From: a virus
Taxonomy: Duplodnaviria; Caudoviricetes
Virus record (IMG/VR): IMGVR_UViG_3300044825_000404
Coordinates: 1-52,032 of that record
DNA: 52,032 nucleotides
Strand: one strand, 5' to 3'
The stretch's first letter is position 1; the number at the start of each line of letters is the position of its first letter. Below, piece by piece: positions 1 to 9,618 of the stretch. Below the pieces are notes generated by a model that was not told the DNA's origin, did not search any database, and saw only the letters and a list, made by a program, of their open reading frames with translations. Position numbers and translations under genes: made by a program.

Positions 1-2449
1 GCAGCGCATCATCCCGTTGGGTCAGACGCGCCGTTTCGATGCGCTCTTTGGTCAGGTTGTCTGACGCATTGAGCGCAACATCCAGTTGCCGACGAGCGGC
101 CTTGTCTTCTGCCTCGACCTGCAGGCGTTGCTGATTGAGTTGCAGGTCACCCTGGTCACGTTGTGCCCGACGTTGCGTCTCGGCCATGGAAGTCTCCATG
201 AGCACTTGAGCCTCAGGCGGCAGTTGCGGCTTGGGAGCCATCTGTTGCATGGTCTGCATCAGTTGCTGAATCAGCGGCACGATACGGGCGAATGCCTTCT
301 CGGAGTCCTTCTTAACGTGCTGCGTGGCCACAGAGAAGACCTTGTCCAGTTCTGCGGTCAGGCGACGATCTTCGTACTCGGCTTCCGTCACCGGTTGGCC
401 ATCCCGCACCTTGGTCACATACCCGTTGGTACGGTTCAAGTACCACAGCACCATGTGCTGCTTGATGTGCTCCAGAGCCCGCGGCAGGTAGAACGAGGCC
501 ATGATCGGGTTGCTGCCGAAGGCCGGGTTCAGGGCAAAGTCCAGGTGGGTCTGAATGTGCGCCAGATGATCCTGCTGAATATAGGCAAAGGCGTGACGCC
601 CCAAGGCCATGGCCACATTCTCGTCAGCAGCGTTGAGTTCCTCAGGCTCAGGCGTGTCCTTGAGGATCTCGTTGATCCCTGGCACCTTCAACTGCTTCAG
701 GAACCGCTCTTCCACCGCCCGACGGTCGTACAGGTCGGGGTTCTCCTTGGCACGAGCCAGGACGGCCTGCATCTGGGCCATCCGCTGCGTCTCGGAGAAG
801 ATGTGCGGGTCAGAGACAGGGACAACATCCGTGTTGCGGTTGAAGTCCGTGCGCTCAATCTCTAGGTCGGCGACCACCTCACCCTTGCGCTGATCGTCTA
901 GATGCCACCGGTTCAGGCGGCCTAGGATCTTCAGCACCCGGCTCTGAGCATCATGCAGGCGGGCATGGATGGCCGAGAAGACCGCAGCACCCTGCTCGAT
1001 CAGGGCCTGGGTCGTTCCCACCGGAGCGTTGTTGTTGATGTCGGCGATCTTCTCTTCCGCCGTCGTCACCACGCCCTTGGCTGCCTTGTCCAGGAACCCC
1101 ATGAGTTCCAACAGGACTGGCGAGGGAGGATTGAACGGCATCGGCATGGCGATCTTCTTGATGTCATCAATGCCGGGGGCTGCTTCGATCTCAATCACCT
1201 GCGTCACATCAGGCTGCACGCTCTGGCCAGAGACCTTCGCGCCCTTCAACTTCAGCATCGTGGCTGAGTTGTTGATGTGAGCGGTATCGAGCAGAGCCCG
1301 CAGAGCGCCCGTCAGGGCTGCGGACAGACCACCGATCAGGTGGGGAAGGCCGATAGCGTAAGCCCCGCGCCAGGGGATGAACTTGAACTCGACCACCCAG
1401 TCGAGTTTGGTCATCGTCTCGTCGCCATCCTCCCAGTTACGGTACAGACCAACGATCTCGTTTTCGAGTTCGTCGATCATCAGGATGTAGGGAGCCATCG
1501 CGCCCTTGGAGCGGCTGTCGCCCTCCAGTTCGAGCCATGTGTAGATGTGATAGACGTTCCGCAGGCCGTCTTCGTTCTCATCCCACTTGCGGCCTTCAAT
1601 CTTGTTGTTGGCCTTCTGAGACTTGGACTCCTCAGGCTCCATCGTGGCGCGAACCAGGGAGATGTCCTTGTACATCCCAGAACGAACCCGGCGCTTGAAC
1701 TCCCACTCGGTGATCTCGTGAATCTCGGTAGCCCGTTGAGCGGTGTAGAAGTTCGTCGCAGCGAACGGCACGATCATCCGGTCGATCGGGACAAACTCAG
1801 CGCAGGGGCGCTTCTTGTCGTCGTCGTACCAGAGTTTGAGGTACTGCGAACCACCCAGAGGCAACTGGGTCAGAAGTTGCTCCTGCTCGTCGCGGAACTC
1901 TTCGATCTGCTCCGTCAACTGCCAGTTCATGTAGTCGCGCTTGCGCTCGGCCTTCTGAACCTTCTCCTCGTCCACCTCACCCATGATCTTGGTGCGGACA
2001 GGGCCGTCAGGCGGGAACAGTTCCTTGATCGCTCGGGAGGCGAAGTCCACGCAAGCCTCAGCCATCACCGGGTGAACGACCTTGGAAGCACCCATGAAGG
2101 TAGCCCCGCCAGGAGCGTCCTTGCCCATGCCGGTGCGCTTGAGACCTTCTTCGTACTGCTTGTCGCGCTCCTCACGAGCACGCTTGTCCATCTCGACAAG
2201 TTTGATGTACCGCAGAGCGATCGTTGACAGTTCGAGTTCGTCCAGTTCCTCAGCGAGGTTGGCGTAGAACTCCTCGTCCTCCTCCGGGCCTTGGGTGTCC
2301 AACTTGACAACCGCAGACCCGTCCGGGAGTTCTTCAATCTCAGCCTCTTCCTCGGGAAGTTCGACCTCCAGGCCCTCTTCGGGCACTTCGTCGGTCATGC
2401 CCTCAATGAAGCGGCCGTACTCGGGTTCGATAGGGAATTCAGTGGCCAT
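1..2449 (-). CDS. Portal protein (3' end runs off the window)
   Basis: Missing from the ORF track because it has no stop in the window. Hand translation from ATG 2449: MATEFPIEPEYGRFIEG...GASKVVHPVMAEACVDFASRAIKELFPPDGPVRTKI...QLPLGGSQYLKLWYD...FIPWRGAYAIGLPHLIGGL...VVPVSDPHIFS. These are P22-type portal-like motifs, and the gene lies downstream of TerL. Confidence 0.85.
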   Translation of the reverse strand, partial: MATEFPIEPEYGRFIEGMTDEVPEEGLEVELPEEEAEIEELPDGSAVVKLDTQGPEEDEEFYANLAEELDELELSTIALRYIKLVEMDKRAREERDKQYEEGLKRTGMGKDAPGGATFMGASKVVHPVMAEACVDFASRAIKELFPPDGPVRTKIMGEVDEEKVQKAERKRDYMNWQLTEQIEEFRDEQEQLLTQLPLGGSQYLKLWYDDDKKRPCAEFVPIDRMIVPFAATNFYTAQRATEIHEITEWEFKRRVRSGMYKDISLVRATMEPEESKSQKANNKIEGRKWDENEDGLRNVYHIYTWLELEGDSRSKGAMAPYILMIDELENEIVGLYRNWEDGDETMTKLDWVVEFKFIPWRGAYAIGLPHLIGGLSAALTGALRALLDTAHINNSATMLKLKGAKVSGQSVQPDVTQVIEIEAAPGIDDIKKIAMPMPFNPPSPVLLELMGFLDKAAKGVVTTAEEKIADINNNAPVGTTQALIEQGAAVFSAIHARLHDAQSRVLKILGRLNRWHLDDQRKGEVVADLEIERTDFNRNTDVVPVSDPHIFSETQRMAQMQAVLARAKENPDLYDRRAVEERFLKQLKVPGINEILKDTPEPEELNAADENVAMALGRHAFAYIQQDHLAHIQTHLDFALNPAFGSNPIMASFYLPRALEHIKQHMVLWYLNRTNGYVTKVRDGQPVTEAEYEDRRLTAELDKVFSVATQHVKKDSEKAFARIVPLIQQLMQTMQQMAPKPQLPPEAQVLMETSMAETQRRAQRDQGDLQLNQQRLQVEAEDKAARRQLDVALNASDNLTKERIETARLTQRDDAL

Positions 2450-2452
2450 GAT

Positions 2453-5400
2453 TTACTTTCTCTTCTGGACAGCCAGTCGCATGGCGTCGAGGTTGTCGGT
2501 GAACTTCACCCGCCCGCCCTTGGCCATCTCGACATTACCTTTGATGGCGCGTTGAGGAATCTCAAACTCCGACACCCCATCTTCAGTCTGCGACCTCACG
2601 CGGTATCCGGGCTCGTAGGGCGTGCGCTTGGCTTTGCCTGTCTCCGGGTCTTTGATCTGCTTCATGCCGCCACCGCTTGTGTCGTACATGATTTGATTGC
2701 CAACTCGGGTGCGGAACAGTATCTCGTAGGGAGCCTTGTTCTTGCGGGCACTGTCCTCAGTGAAGACACGCTGCCCCTTGTCGTACTTGTAGTCAAAGCC
2801 TTCCATCATCTTGCGGGTGGCTTCGGCTTCTGCCTGGATGCGGTCGCGCAGTGAGGTGTGGAAGTCCTGCAGCGTGGTCAAGTCCTTGGCGGCGGTCACC
2901 GGGGCTTTCATCCCTGCATCTTCCGCAGCCTTGGTGATGGCGTTTGCAGCGGCTCGTCTGATAGCGCCACCTGCCTGCTTCTTGACCGCCCCGCCATTCT
3001 TCTTGCCCAGAATGACGCGATCTAGGCGGCGCTTGTACTCGCCCAGTTCATCCAGGTACTGCTGATCCACGATCTGGTGCGGGAACACCTTCTGGATCGT
3101 GCCGGTGAAGTCCTGCGGGCGTTGCGTCCTCATGATGTGTTGAGTGGCATCAGGGAAGGACAGCACGAAGGGCGTCAGAGCCTCCTGGTGGCCAAGATAG
3201 CGGCCGCGGATGCCCTTGCTGTAGGTCTCGTGAGCAGCGTCGTCTGTCAGTTTTGCCCCAGGCACCAACTCGCCAATAGAGTGGCCAGTTAGGTTGACCT
3301 CCATGTTCCGCAGGTCAGGACTGGTGATGGCCCACTCAATATCCAGGCCGTTGGGCATATTCGTGGCCTGAGTGAGTTCGGGCGTCTTCATGCGGCTCAA
3401 GAACCACTTCCGCAACTCTGGGTTCTTCTTCATCTCCGCCAGAGCACCCGCAGGGTCTGCAATACCGGGCCACTCCGGGAATGAGATCTGCACCCGCTCA
3501 CCGGTCTTGGGGTTCTTCTTCTCATACCCCGCGGCAATGACCGTGTCGAACAAGTTCATGTCATTGCGGCTCATCTTGCTGTAATCGATAGCCCGCAGGG
3601 AGGCGTCGGCAAAATGCTGCGCGAAGTTGTTGGCCACGCGGCCCATAGCAAGGTGCTGACCCAACACCCGATTGGGCTCGAACAGGTTGGCCACCTCGGT
3701 GACCTTGTTCTGCACCATCTGAGCAGGGCCTTCGTTGGATGCCCAGAACAGCGGGTTCTTCATGTCCAACTTGCCAAGACCGTAACGAGAGCCGCCCTGC
3801 TGCAGGGCCCCGATAGGCTCACCACCAAGGGTCTTCAGATATGTATCGGCCAGGGTGTAGTCGCCAGGGAAGGCGACATTGATGTCCCCGATCTGGGGCT
3901 GCACTACCTGAGACTCGGGCACTTTCTTGGCGGCTTCGAGTTCGTACTCAATGCGCTTGATCCGCTCGTTCTCCTTGCGGGAGCGTCCGGCAAGGTTCTT
4001 CGTGTCCCCAGGCTTGCCGCTTGTAACGTGCTCACCGAGCATCTGACGGCCAACACGCTCCGCATGGGCGGCAATCTCTTCCTTGGACTTGGCAGGAGCC
4101 CGCGGCAGGATCAGCGGCAGGGATCGCTCGGCCTCTTCCTTGGCAGCCTTTACCGCCTTCGCCCCCTTTGCCCCCTTGACCAGGGCTGCAGGCGCGGCAG
4201 CAAGAGCCCAGGGGCCGGGAGTGTTGGACATGGCGGTGACGTTTGCGTACACCTCGCGCTCGGCTTTCGTGGCGTCTTCCGGCAGATCCATGCCGAAGAT
4301 GGCCCGCATCCCTGCGCCTCGAACGCCACCGCCTACCAGTTTGGAGCCGATAGAACGCTCTTGGCCTACAGCCCCGCCAGTGGCCAACTCCAGGCGCATC
4401 GTGTCAGGGTTGTCGGAGATGCGGACGGAGCCGCCCTTCTTGTAGCCGTACCGACTCTGGTCTTTCAACTTCTTGAACCAAGCATCTTGTATTTCTTGCG
4501 GCATCTCATTTTCTTGAGCCATCCGCTTAAAGTCATCTATTGTGTAGAAGCCCGGCGCAATTTCTTTAGAGAACCCTGGGAGTCTTTGACCCTGAGTTAC
4601 CTTAAATAACCCAGTGTTTTGCATATCCCGCACATCCGACCACTGACCACTCTTCACAAAGTCCTGCACGAACGGCAGGTAATCTTCCTTGGGGGCTCGG
4701 TTTTGTTTGCCTTTGATCTGGGTGATTTCAAAGGGAATTTCTGGCTCAGGAATACCTTCTTTGGATCGCCACCATTGTGCAAAGGTTAGATTCGGGTCAA
4801 CAGTTCCTGCCTTGTTTCCCTCAAGCCACTCTTCCTGAAGCCTGTAGTAATCCGCTTCGCTTGGGCGTTGATCGCCGATAAATCCTTGCCTCGCTTGAGG
4901 ACGAGCAATCTCTATCGTTACATGAGGCGAACCCTTGGAGTCAACCAAAGAGTAAACCTTAGCCCGACCGCTCTTGATACCCTCCCATCCGCCATGGCCG
5001 TAGTAAAGAGACCCCGCTTCACCTGACCCCTCAGTCCAGTCAGGATGGCCCGGAGGCGGCTCGTAGCCCCGCACAGAGTGCCCCATGGAATCGGACTCAG
5101 CAGAGAAGGCTCCGGGCTTGTTCAGTTCAATCCACCGGTAGCCCTGCGGGTACTCCTTGTAGACCGGCAGACCTTCACGAGCAGCGGCAGTAGCCTTGGC
5201 GGCCTTTTCTGCCATCTCTTGGTCGTACTGATGAGCACGGCGTACTGCCTGCTCCATGGACATCTTTTCCAGTTGCTCAGGACGGATGCGGCCGGTGGCA
5301 AGGTCTTCCTTCAGGACATCGATCAGGTGGTCGAAGCCAAGTTCACGAGCATCAAGAGCAGCCCCCGCCTCGTAAACAGGGGCATCTTCTGGCAACTTTT

Positions 5401-6475
5401 GAAGCCAAGGGTTGCGGTTCAAAGTTTGTTCAGCCCCCAAGTAATCACCCGCCTTATTTGGGATGATTGCTCTATCTGTTGCTCTCTCCCAATTTTGGCC
5501 AAGGGCTGTTTCTGCATAACCAACGGCAGGAAACCCGGCTTCCGCCCGCCTTTGCGCCACGCTGAATTCTGTTGACGGAACTCGATCTCGCAACCTCGCA
5601 AGATGGGTAATCCCTTGATCCGCTAGTTTTCGTACCGGATCTTCCGGGGTGCCCATCTCGTTCTTGATGTAGCGGTTGAGTTTCTTGTCAATCCAGTTGT
5701 CGATCGCAGCCCGCTGCTTCTCTTCGTTCAAATGCCGCTCAACCGTTGCTCTACTTTCTGGCGGCAACGAAGGGTCATTCAGCAACTGCTCGTGCCGAGG
5801 TATCCGTTGGGCAGGCGTTTCTCCGGCAGTCGTCTCACTTTTTAGCGGAGCAAGTTCGCTCTCCACATCTCCGGCAAACCAGTTGCCACCCTTCATCTTG
5901 ATGGCCCCGCGCTGGGACTCAAACCGAGATGCAGGCGTCAGGGCTTCTGACAGGATGTCTCCGGCAACACGAGGAGCAGCCATGGCGGCCCTGCCTACAG
6001 CCTTGCCTGCAGCAACAGCAGCCTTCCCGCTTCCCGGCACGCCGATGAAGTTCAAGGGGTCGCCCAGAACATTGACGGCCGTCGCAGCAGCAGGGGAGCC
6101 GGTGGCCTGCAGGGTCTTCTCGCCCAGGTACTCAGCAGGAGCGCCCAACTTCTCCATCACCTGCCCGGTACGCTCCAGGGCCTGCATACCCTGCTCCGTG
6201 CGGGGCATATAAGTTAGAGCACCCTGGACATTCTCGACGGTCTCAGCAGCCTTGTTGACGCTAGGCGTGCGGCCACGGGTCGGGATCATCTGAGCCATCC
6301 CGGCCAGTCCGGCAGGCACAGAGGCGGCAATACCTGAGCCCACGGTCAGGGCGGCCTCAAGTTTCTTCAGGCGGTCAGCATCAAGAAGTCGGGCAATCCG
6401 CGGGGACTGCGGTTGTTGGGTGGGGGCTTCTTGCCCCTGCACCATGTCTGCCAGTTGTCGCCCAAAGTCGGCCAT
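2453..6475 (-). CDS. Large polyvalent, probably virion-associated protein with a PcfJ-like domain
   Basis: 1340 aa. The segment WIELNKPGAFSAESDSMGHSVRGY...KVYSLVDSKGSPHVTIEI...ITQIKGKQNRAP is PcfJ-like. Modules are separated by KxGG motifs. Lies between terL and portal. Confidence 0.65.
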   Translation of the reverse strand: MADFGRQLADMVQGQEAPTQQPQSPRIARLLDADRLKKLEAALTVGSGIAASVPAGLAGMAQMIPTRGRTPSVNKAAETVENVQGALTYMPRTEQGMQALERTGQVMEKLGAPAEYLGEKTLQATGSPAAATAVNVLGDPLNFIGVPGSGKAAVAAGKAVGRAAMAAPRVAGDILSEALTPASRFESQRGAIKMKGGNWFAGDVESELAPLKSETTAGETPAQRIPRHEQLLNDPSLPPESRATVERHLNEEKQRAAIDNWIDKKLNRYIKNEMGTPEDPVRKLADQGITHLARLRDRVPSTEFSVAQRRAEAGFPAVGYAETALGQNWERATDRAIIPNKAGDYLGAEQTLNRNPWLQKLPEDAPVYEAGAALDARELGFDHLIDVLKEDLATGRIRPEQLEKMSMEQAVRRAHQYDQEMAEKAAKATAAAREGLPVYKEYPQGYRWIELNKPGAFSAESDSMGHSVRGYEPPPGHPDWTEGSGEAGSLYYGHGGWEGIKSGRAKVYSLVDSKGSPHVTIEIARPQARQGFIGDQRPSEADYYRLQEEWLEGNKAGTVDPNLTFAQWWRSKEGIPEPEIPFEITQIKGKQNRAPKEDYLPFVQDFVKSGQWSDVRDMQNTGLFKVTQGQRLPGFSKEIAPGFYTIDDFKRMAQENEMPQEIQDAWFKKLKDQSRYGYKKGGSVRISDNPDTMRLELATGGAVGQERSIGSKLVGGGVRGAGMRAIFGMDLPEDATKAEREVYANVTAMSNTPGPWALAAAPAALVKGAKGAKAVKAAKEEAERSLPLILPRAPAKSKEEIAAHAERVGRQMLGEHVTSGKPGDTKNLAGRSRKENERIKRIEYELEAAKKVPESQVVQPQIGDINVAFPGDYTLADTYLKTLGGEPIGALQQGGSRYGLGKLDMKNPLFWASNEGPAQMVQNKVTEVANLFEPNRVLGQHLAMGRVANNFAQHFADASLRAIDYSKMSRNDMNLFDTVIAAGYEKKNPKTGERVQISFPEWPGIADPAGALAEMKKNPELRKWFLSRMKTPELTQATNMPNGLDIEWAITSPDLRNMEVNLTGHSIGELVPGAKLTDDAAHETYSKGIRGRYLGHQEALTPFVLSFPDATQHIMRTQRPQDFTGTIQKVFPHQIVDQQYLDELGEYKRRLDRVILGKKNGGAVKKQAGGAIRRAAANAITKAAEDAGMKAPVTAAKDLTTLQDFHTSLRDRIQAEAEATRKMMEGFDYKYDKGQRVFTEDSARKNKAPYEILFRTRVGNQIMYDTSGGGMKQIKDPETGKAKRTPYEPGYRVRSQTEDGVSEFEIPQRAIKGNVEMAKGGRVKFTDNLDAMRLAVQKRK

Positions 6476-6478
6476 GGC

Positions 6479-6703
6479 TCATCCTCGCTCGGAGTTTCGG
6501 GGATTATGCCCACGAGCCTTTTGGGCGTCTATTCTCGCAACGACCCAATTTGTCAATAGCGCCTTGAGTTTGGAGTAATCGACTACCGCCCCAGGCTTGG
6601 CCACGATCTCGAACCGGTTCTCGCACTGGGTCACCTTCACGGTTACCTCAAATGACGGTATTTCAGGTGAGGGCAGGCGCTCGACGATCAGGTCAGATTG
6701 CAT
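6479..6703 (-). CDS. Hypothetical protein
   Basis: 74-aa ORF overlapping the terL stop and filling the gap to the next gene. Confidence 0.45.
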   Translation of the reverse strand: MQSDLIVERLPSPEIPSFEVTVKVTQCENRFEIVAKPGAVVDYSKLKALLTNWVVARIDAQKARGHNPRNSERG

Positions 6704-8105
6704 ACGGGTTCTCCCTTTTCCTCACGCCCGCGTCGATGTAGTCGTCCTCGTCCAGTTCATCCGGCGGAGGGTCGATGTTCAGGAACCCGGCATCCCGCAG
6801 GTAACGCAGAGCCTGGGACATGGCGTCGCAGAAGTCGTCGTGGTCGGTGTTGGGGAAAGAACACACCTGGGAGACCATGCCCTCCGCCCAGTCGCGGACA
6901 TAGCCCTTGCGGTTCATGGACTCCGGCACCCAGACCCGTCCTGCCCGGATGATGTTGGCCACGATGGACAGGCGCTGCACCTTGTCCGCCCTGCCGGGGT
7001 TGTAGGCCCTGACAGGGATGTGGGCCCGCTGCAGGTCTTGAATCAGGGAGATGCCCGCGGCCTTGTCCTCCACCAGGACGAGATCCACCCGCTTCCTGTC
7101 CTTGCCTTCACCGAAGACGGTCTCGTACTCCTCGATGACCTTTGGTCGGAGATCGGGATACTGCAGGCGGTCCTGCCAACAGTCGATCACCAGGACGCTT
7201 CCAGGGCCGTCCTCCTGGCGGAAGACCCCGAAGGTGATGGAGGCCGTCGGATCGTTCTGGGCCTTCTCGGTGAAGGCGCAGTCGTAGGACTGGATGACGA
7301 AGTCCAACTTGGGGATTGGCTTGTTCGCGGGCCAAAGGCGGAACCAGTCCCTGCTGACGATACCGCCCTCCTCCGGGTCGATGATCTCAGCGTAGATTTC
7401 CTGGCGGCCGAGTTTGGTGCCCTCGTACTGCAGGATCTGCTTCTGGAAGGACGGCGCTAGGTTGTCCAGGTTGGAGTAAGTGCTTGCTGTCGTGACATGG
7501 ACATCATCACCGTCACGGCCAATGAGGTCGACGATCAAGTCCTTGGGCTTGGGAGTCGTGGTGGCCAGGATGCGCGTCTTCTTGCCCAGGCGCACAGAGA
7601 ACATGATCTGATCCCAGGCGTCCTGCAGGTAGTCCCAGGCGGCCAACTCGTCGCACCATGCGCCGTGCCACTGGCCACCGCGGAAGCGTTCAGGCTCCGA
7701 GGCGGGGATGCCCTTGATCAGGGAGCCGTTGGTGAGTTTGATCTCGTGGTACGCCCGGTTGTAGTCCGCCACCAGGACTTGAGGGATCACGGAGATCAGC
7801 CCTGAGTCGCCCTCGAAGCAGGTAGCCCGAACGTCCGCTGAGGTAGGCGCGGCCACGAGCCACCGGGTTCCAGGTTGCTCCCAGGCCCAGTAGCCTATCT
7901 GCTCTGCTGCTGTACGGGTCTTGCCTGCTCCGCGGCCTGCCAGGAGGAGCCAGATGCTCCAGTCGCCCTCAGGGACGATCTGGTGCTTGTGAGCCTTAGT
8001 GAGCCATCCCGCCCTCCAAGCGAAGGCGGCTTGTCTGTCAGCCGGGAGGCGCTTGAACTTCTCCCGGATCTCCTGATCCTTCAGGACGGCGACGAGTTCA
8101 TCCAC
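6693..8105 (-). CDS. terL: Terminase large subunit
   Basis: Walker A GRGAGKT, Walker B WCDE, coupling motif TTTPK, and RNase H-like nuclease residues (QSYD, VEDKAAG, HDDFCDAMSQA). Confidence 0.95.
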   Translation of the reverse strand: MDELVAVLKDQEIREKFKRLPADRQAAFAWRAGWLTKAHKHQIVPEGDWSIWLLLAGRGAGKTRTAAEQIGYWAWEQPGTRWLVAAPTSADVRATCFEGDSGLISVIPQVLVADYNRAYHEIKLTNGSLIKGIPASEPERFRGGQWHGAWCDELAAWDYLQDAWDQIMFSVRLGKKTRILATTTPKPKDLIVDLIGRDGDDVHVTTASTYSNLDNLAPSFQKQILQYEGTKLGRQEIYAEIIDPEEGGIVSRDWFRLWPANKPIPKLDFVIQSYDCAFTEKAQNDPTASITFGVFRQEDGPGSVLVIDCWQDRLQYPDLRPKVIEEYETVFGEGKDRKRVDLVLVEDKAAGISLIQDLQRAHIPVRAYNPGRADKVQRLSIVANIIRAGRVWVPESMNRKGYVRDWAEGMVSQVCSFPNTDHDDFCDAMSQALRYLRDAGFLNIDPPPDELDEDDYIDAGVRKRENPYAI

Positions 8106-8673
8106 GGCGGGACTGCTCGATGCCCTTCAGTACCGTATCGAAGATGGAGATGTCTGCTTCCACCTTCAGGGGGTTCTCAGCATCCCCACCCACCTGGACC
8201 TTGTCCCCGTACTTCTTTGGATTCCACTTGGCCAGGAGTTTCAGCCGGGTCTCGATCTGGAGTTTGCGGTGGCCCAACATATCCTCGACCGTCGTGGCCG
8301 TGCCTTGGTCGGTCATGACCTGCTTCTGGCCGAAGACCGGCGTGTCAGCGATCAGGAGTGCTTCCTCAGCCAAAGCCTCGAATCCCTGCTCCCGTGCGTG
8401 CGCGATGCGTTCGGAAAGATTCTCGTCGCGGGCCATCCACTCATACACCGCAGTCCAGGCGGGCATATGGTCATCCCGGCAGATCTGTCTCAGTGGTTCT
8501 CCGTTACTGAGTCTTTGGCAGATCTCTGCTGCCAGTTCAGGGGTGTACTTGGAGGGGCGGCCGATCTTCTTCTTTGGCGGCTCTTGGGGCGTTTCCGCGG
8601 CCTGGGTGGTATCTACCCCTTGGTCAGGGGCTTTTGAAGGCTTGGCGGCGGTTTTGGTGGCTTTCCGTGGCAT
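8098..8673 (-). CDS. terS: Terminase small subunit (Sf6-like HTH)
   Basis: GRPSKYTPELAAEICQRLSNGEPLRQIC...W and LLAKWNPKKYGDK motifs; overlaps the terL start. Confidence 0.88.
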   Translation of the reverse strand: MPRKATKTAAKPSKAPDQGVDTTQAAETPQEPPKKKIGRPSKYTPELAAEICQRLSNGEPLRQICRDDHMPAWTAVYEWMARDENLSERIAHAREQGFEALAEEALLIADTPVFGQKQVMTDQGTATTVEDMLGHRKLQIETRLKLLAKWNPKKYGDKVQVGGDAENPLKVEADISIFDTVLKGIEQSRRG

Positions 8674-8734
8674 CTCGTACTTTCAGAGACATTGGACTGC
8701 CGGGGAGTTTAACTCGCGGTTTAGGCTTTGGGTA

Positions 8735-8811
8735 GTTGGCGGCGTGAATCCAACACGCTTAACGGATACTTCCCGCGTCCAGTTTTCGCCGTGACTGTCG
8801 TTTGCGCCAAC
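8735..8811 (-). ncRNA. tRNA-like structured element (not a canonical tRNA)
   Basis: 77 nt. Acceptor-like stem GTTGGCG/CGCCAAC and T-arm-like GCGTG-TTGGATT-CACGC; no convincing D or anticodon arm. Confidence 0.35.
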
Positions 8812-8889
8812 ACGACTGGGGACTGCTGTTGGAACCCTAAACCTCCAACGACCGTAGGGTGATGGCCTGCAATCCCCATGCGTGTTGGC
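8806..8889 (-). ncRNA. Structured RNA candidate (long closing stem, two inner hairpins)
   Basis: GCCAACACG/CGTGTTGGC 9 bp plus TGGGGATTGC/GCAGTCCCCA 10 bp with one G-U pair, enclosing GTTGGA/TCCAAC and GGCC/GGTC hairpins. Confidence 0.5.
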
Positions 8890-8942
8890 CCCCTCTCGGG
8901 GAGCCTTGATTCTACTGTTAAGTGATTGATTTCACAAGCGTT

Positions 8943-9074
8943 TTACAGCCACGGGAAGTGGTAAGCCCAGTATGCTGACTCGCTTTCGCAGATCCAGTAC
9001 CACTGGCCTTGCGAGAGAAGACCCTCTGCGTCTGCGATGGCCTCATCTAATGCGATGCAGTCTTCGAGGCTCAT
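8943..9074 (-). CDS. Small hypothetical protein (43 aa)
   Basis: Hand-translated MSLEDCIALDEAIADAEGLLSQGQWYWICESESAYWAYHFPWL; ATGA overlap with the upstream gene. Confidence 0.5.
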   Translation of the reverse strand: MSLEDCIALDEAIADAEGLLSQGQWYWICESESAYWAYHFPWL

Positions 9075-9292
9075 GCGTAGATCTCCTGAAGTTCGGACTC
9101 GATACGCTCCAGGCTGTGGTCGCCAAGATCCACCTCGTTGCCGTCGAGGTCGAGCACATCGTACTCAATCTCCACCCCGCCCAGGTCATAGGCAGACTCC
9201 ATCGCCTTGCAGGGCGTATGGCGGGTCACCGAGTACACGATCACCTCGTAGCACTCTTCGCCTACATAGATCAGATTCGATTCTTTCTTCAT
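9071..9292 (-). CDS. Hypothetical protein
   Basis: 73 aa acidic ORF, preceded by GGAG and a promoter-like sequence. Confidence 0.7.
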   Translation of the reverse strand: MKKESNLIYVGEECYEVIVYSVTRHTPCKAMESAYDLGGVEIEYDVLDLDGNEVDLGDHSLERIESELQEIYA

Positions 9293-9329
9293 CTCTTGCT
9301 CCAGTTACCCTGCGTCGTGCAGTGCTTGC

Positions 9330-9360
9330 ATTTTAATACGAAGTTAGAACCATGGGTCAA
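9330..9360 (-). promoter_or_regulatory. Sigma70-like promoter
   Basis: TTGACC-N19-TAAAAT; the spacer sequence resembles that of the promoter at 12048-12077. Confidence 0.5.
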
Positions 9361-9495
9361 ATAGGTGGTTTCCCTAGAACGGAGACTCTGGCCATCGGAC
9401 CCACTGCTTGACCTTGAGGATGGCCCTCTGCCGCTTCAGGCGCTTGAGGTTGTCAGGCGTCGTGTAGACAAAGGGCCACCAGTTCGGTGTTTGGA

Positions 9496-9609
9496 CTAGC
9501 CCGGTCTCCAAACTAGGAGATCCATCAGCAGCACTGAGATGGCGAACAGGTACACCAGTATCCAACCCAACAGGTACACGCCCGCGGCGATGCGTTCTTC
9601 GGTCTTCAT
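9496..9609 (-). CDS. Small single-pass membrane peptide (37 aa)
   Basis: MKTEERIAAGVYLLGWILVYLFAISVLLMDLLVWRPG with GAGGAG RBS; below the ORF-track cutoff. Confidence 0.55.
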   Translation of the reverse strand: MKTEERIAAGVYLLGWILVYLFAISVLLMDLLVWRPG

Positions 9610-9618
9610 GCGTGCTCC

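Noticed and set aside
86-2854. Long plus-strand ORFs over the portal, and similar ones over terL and the tail genes
   Set aside because: Antisense shadows of GC-rich minus-strand genes; the minus frame carries the recognisable motifs.
8735-8811. Functional tRNA gene
   Set aside because: T-loop is TTGGATT, there is no proper D or anticodon arm, and no CCA at the expected position.
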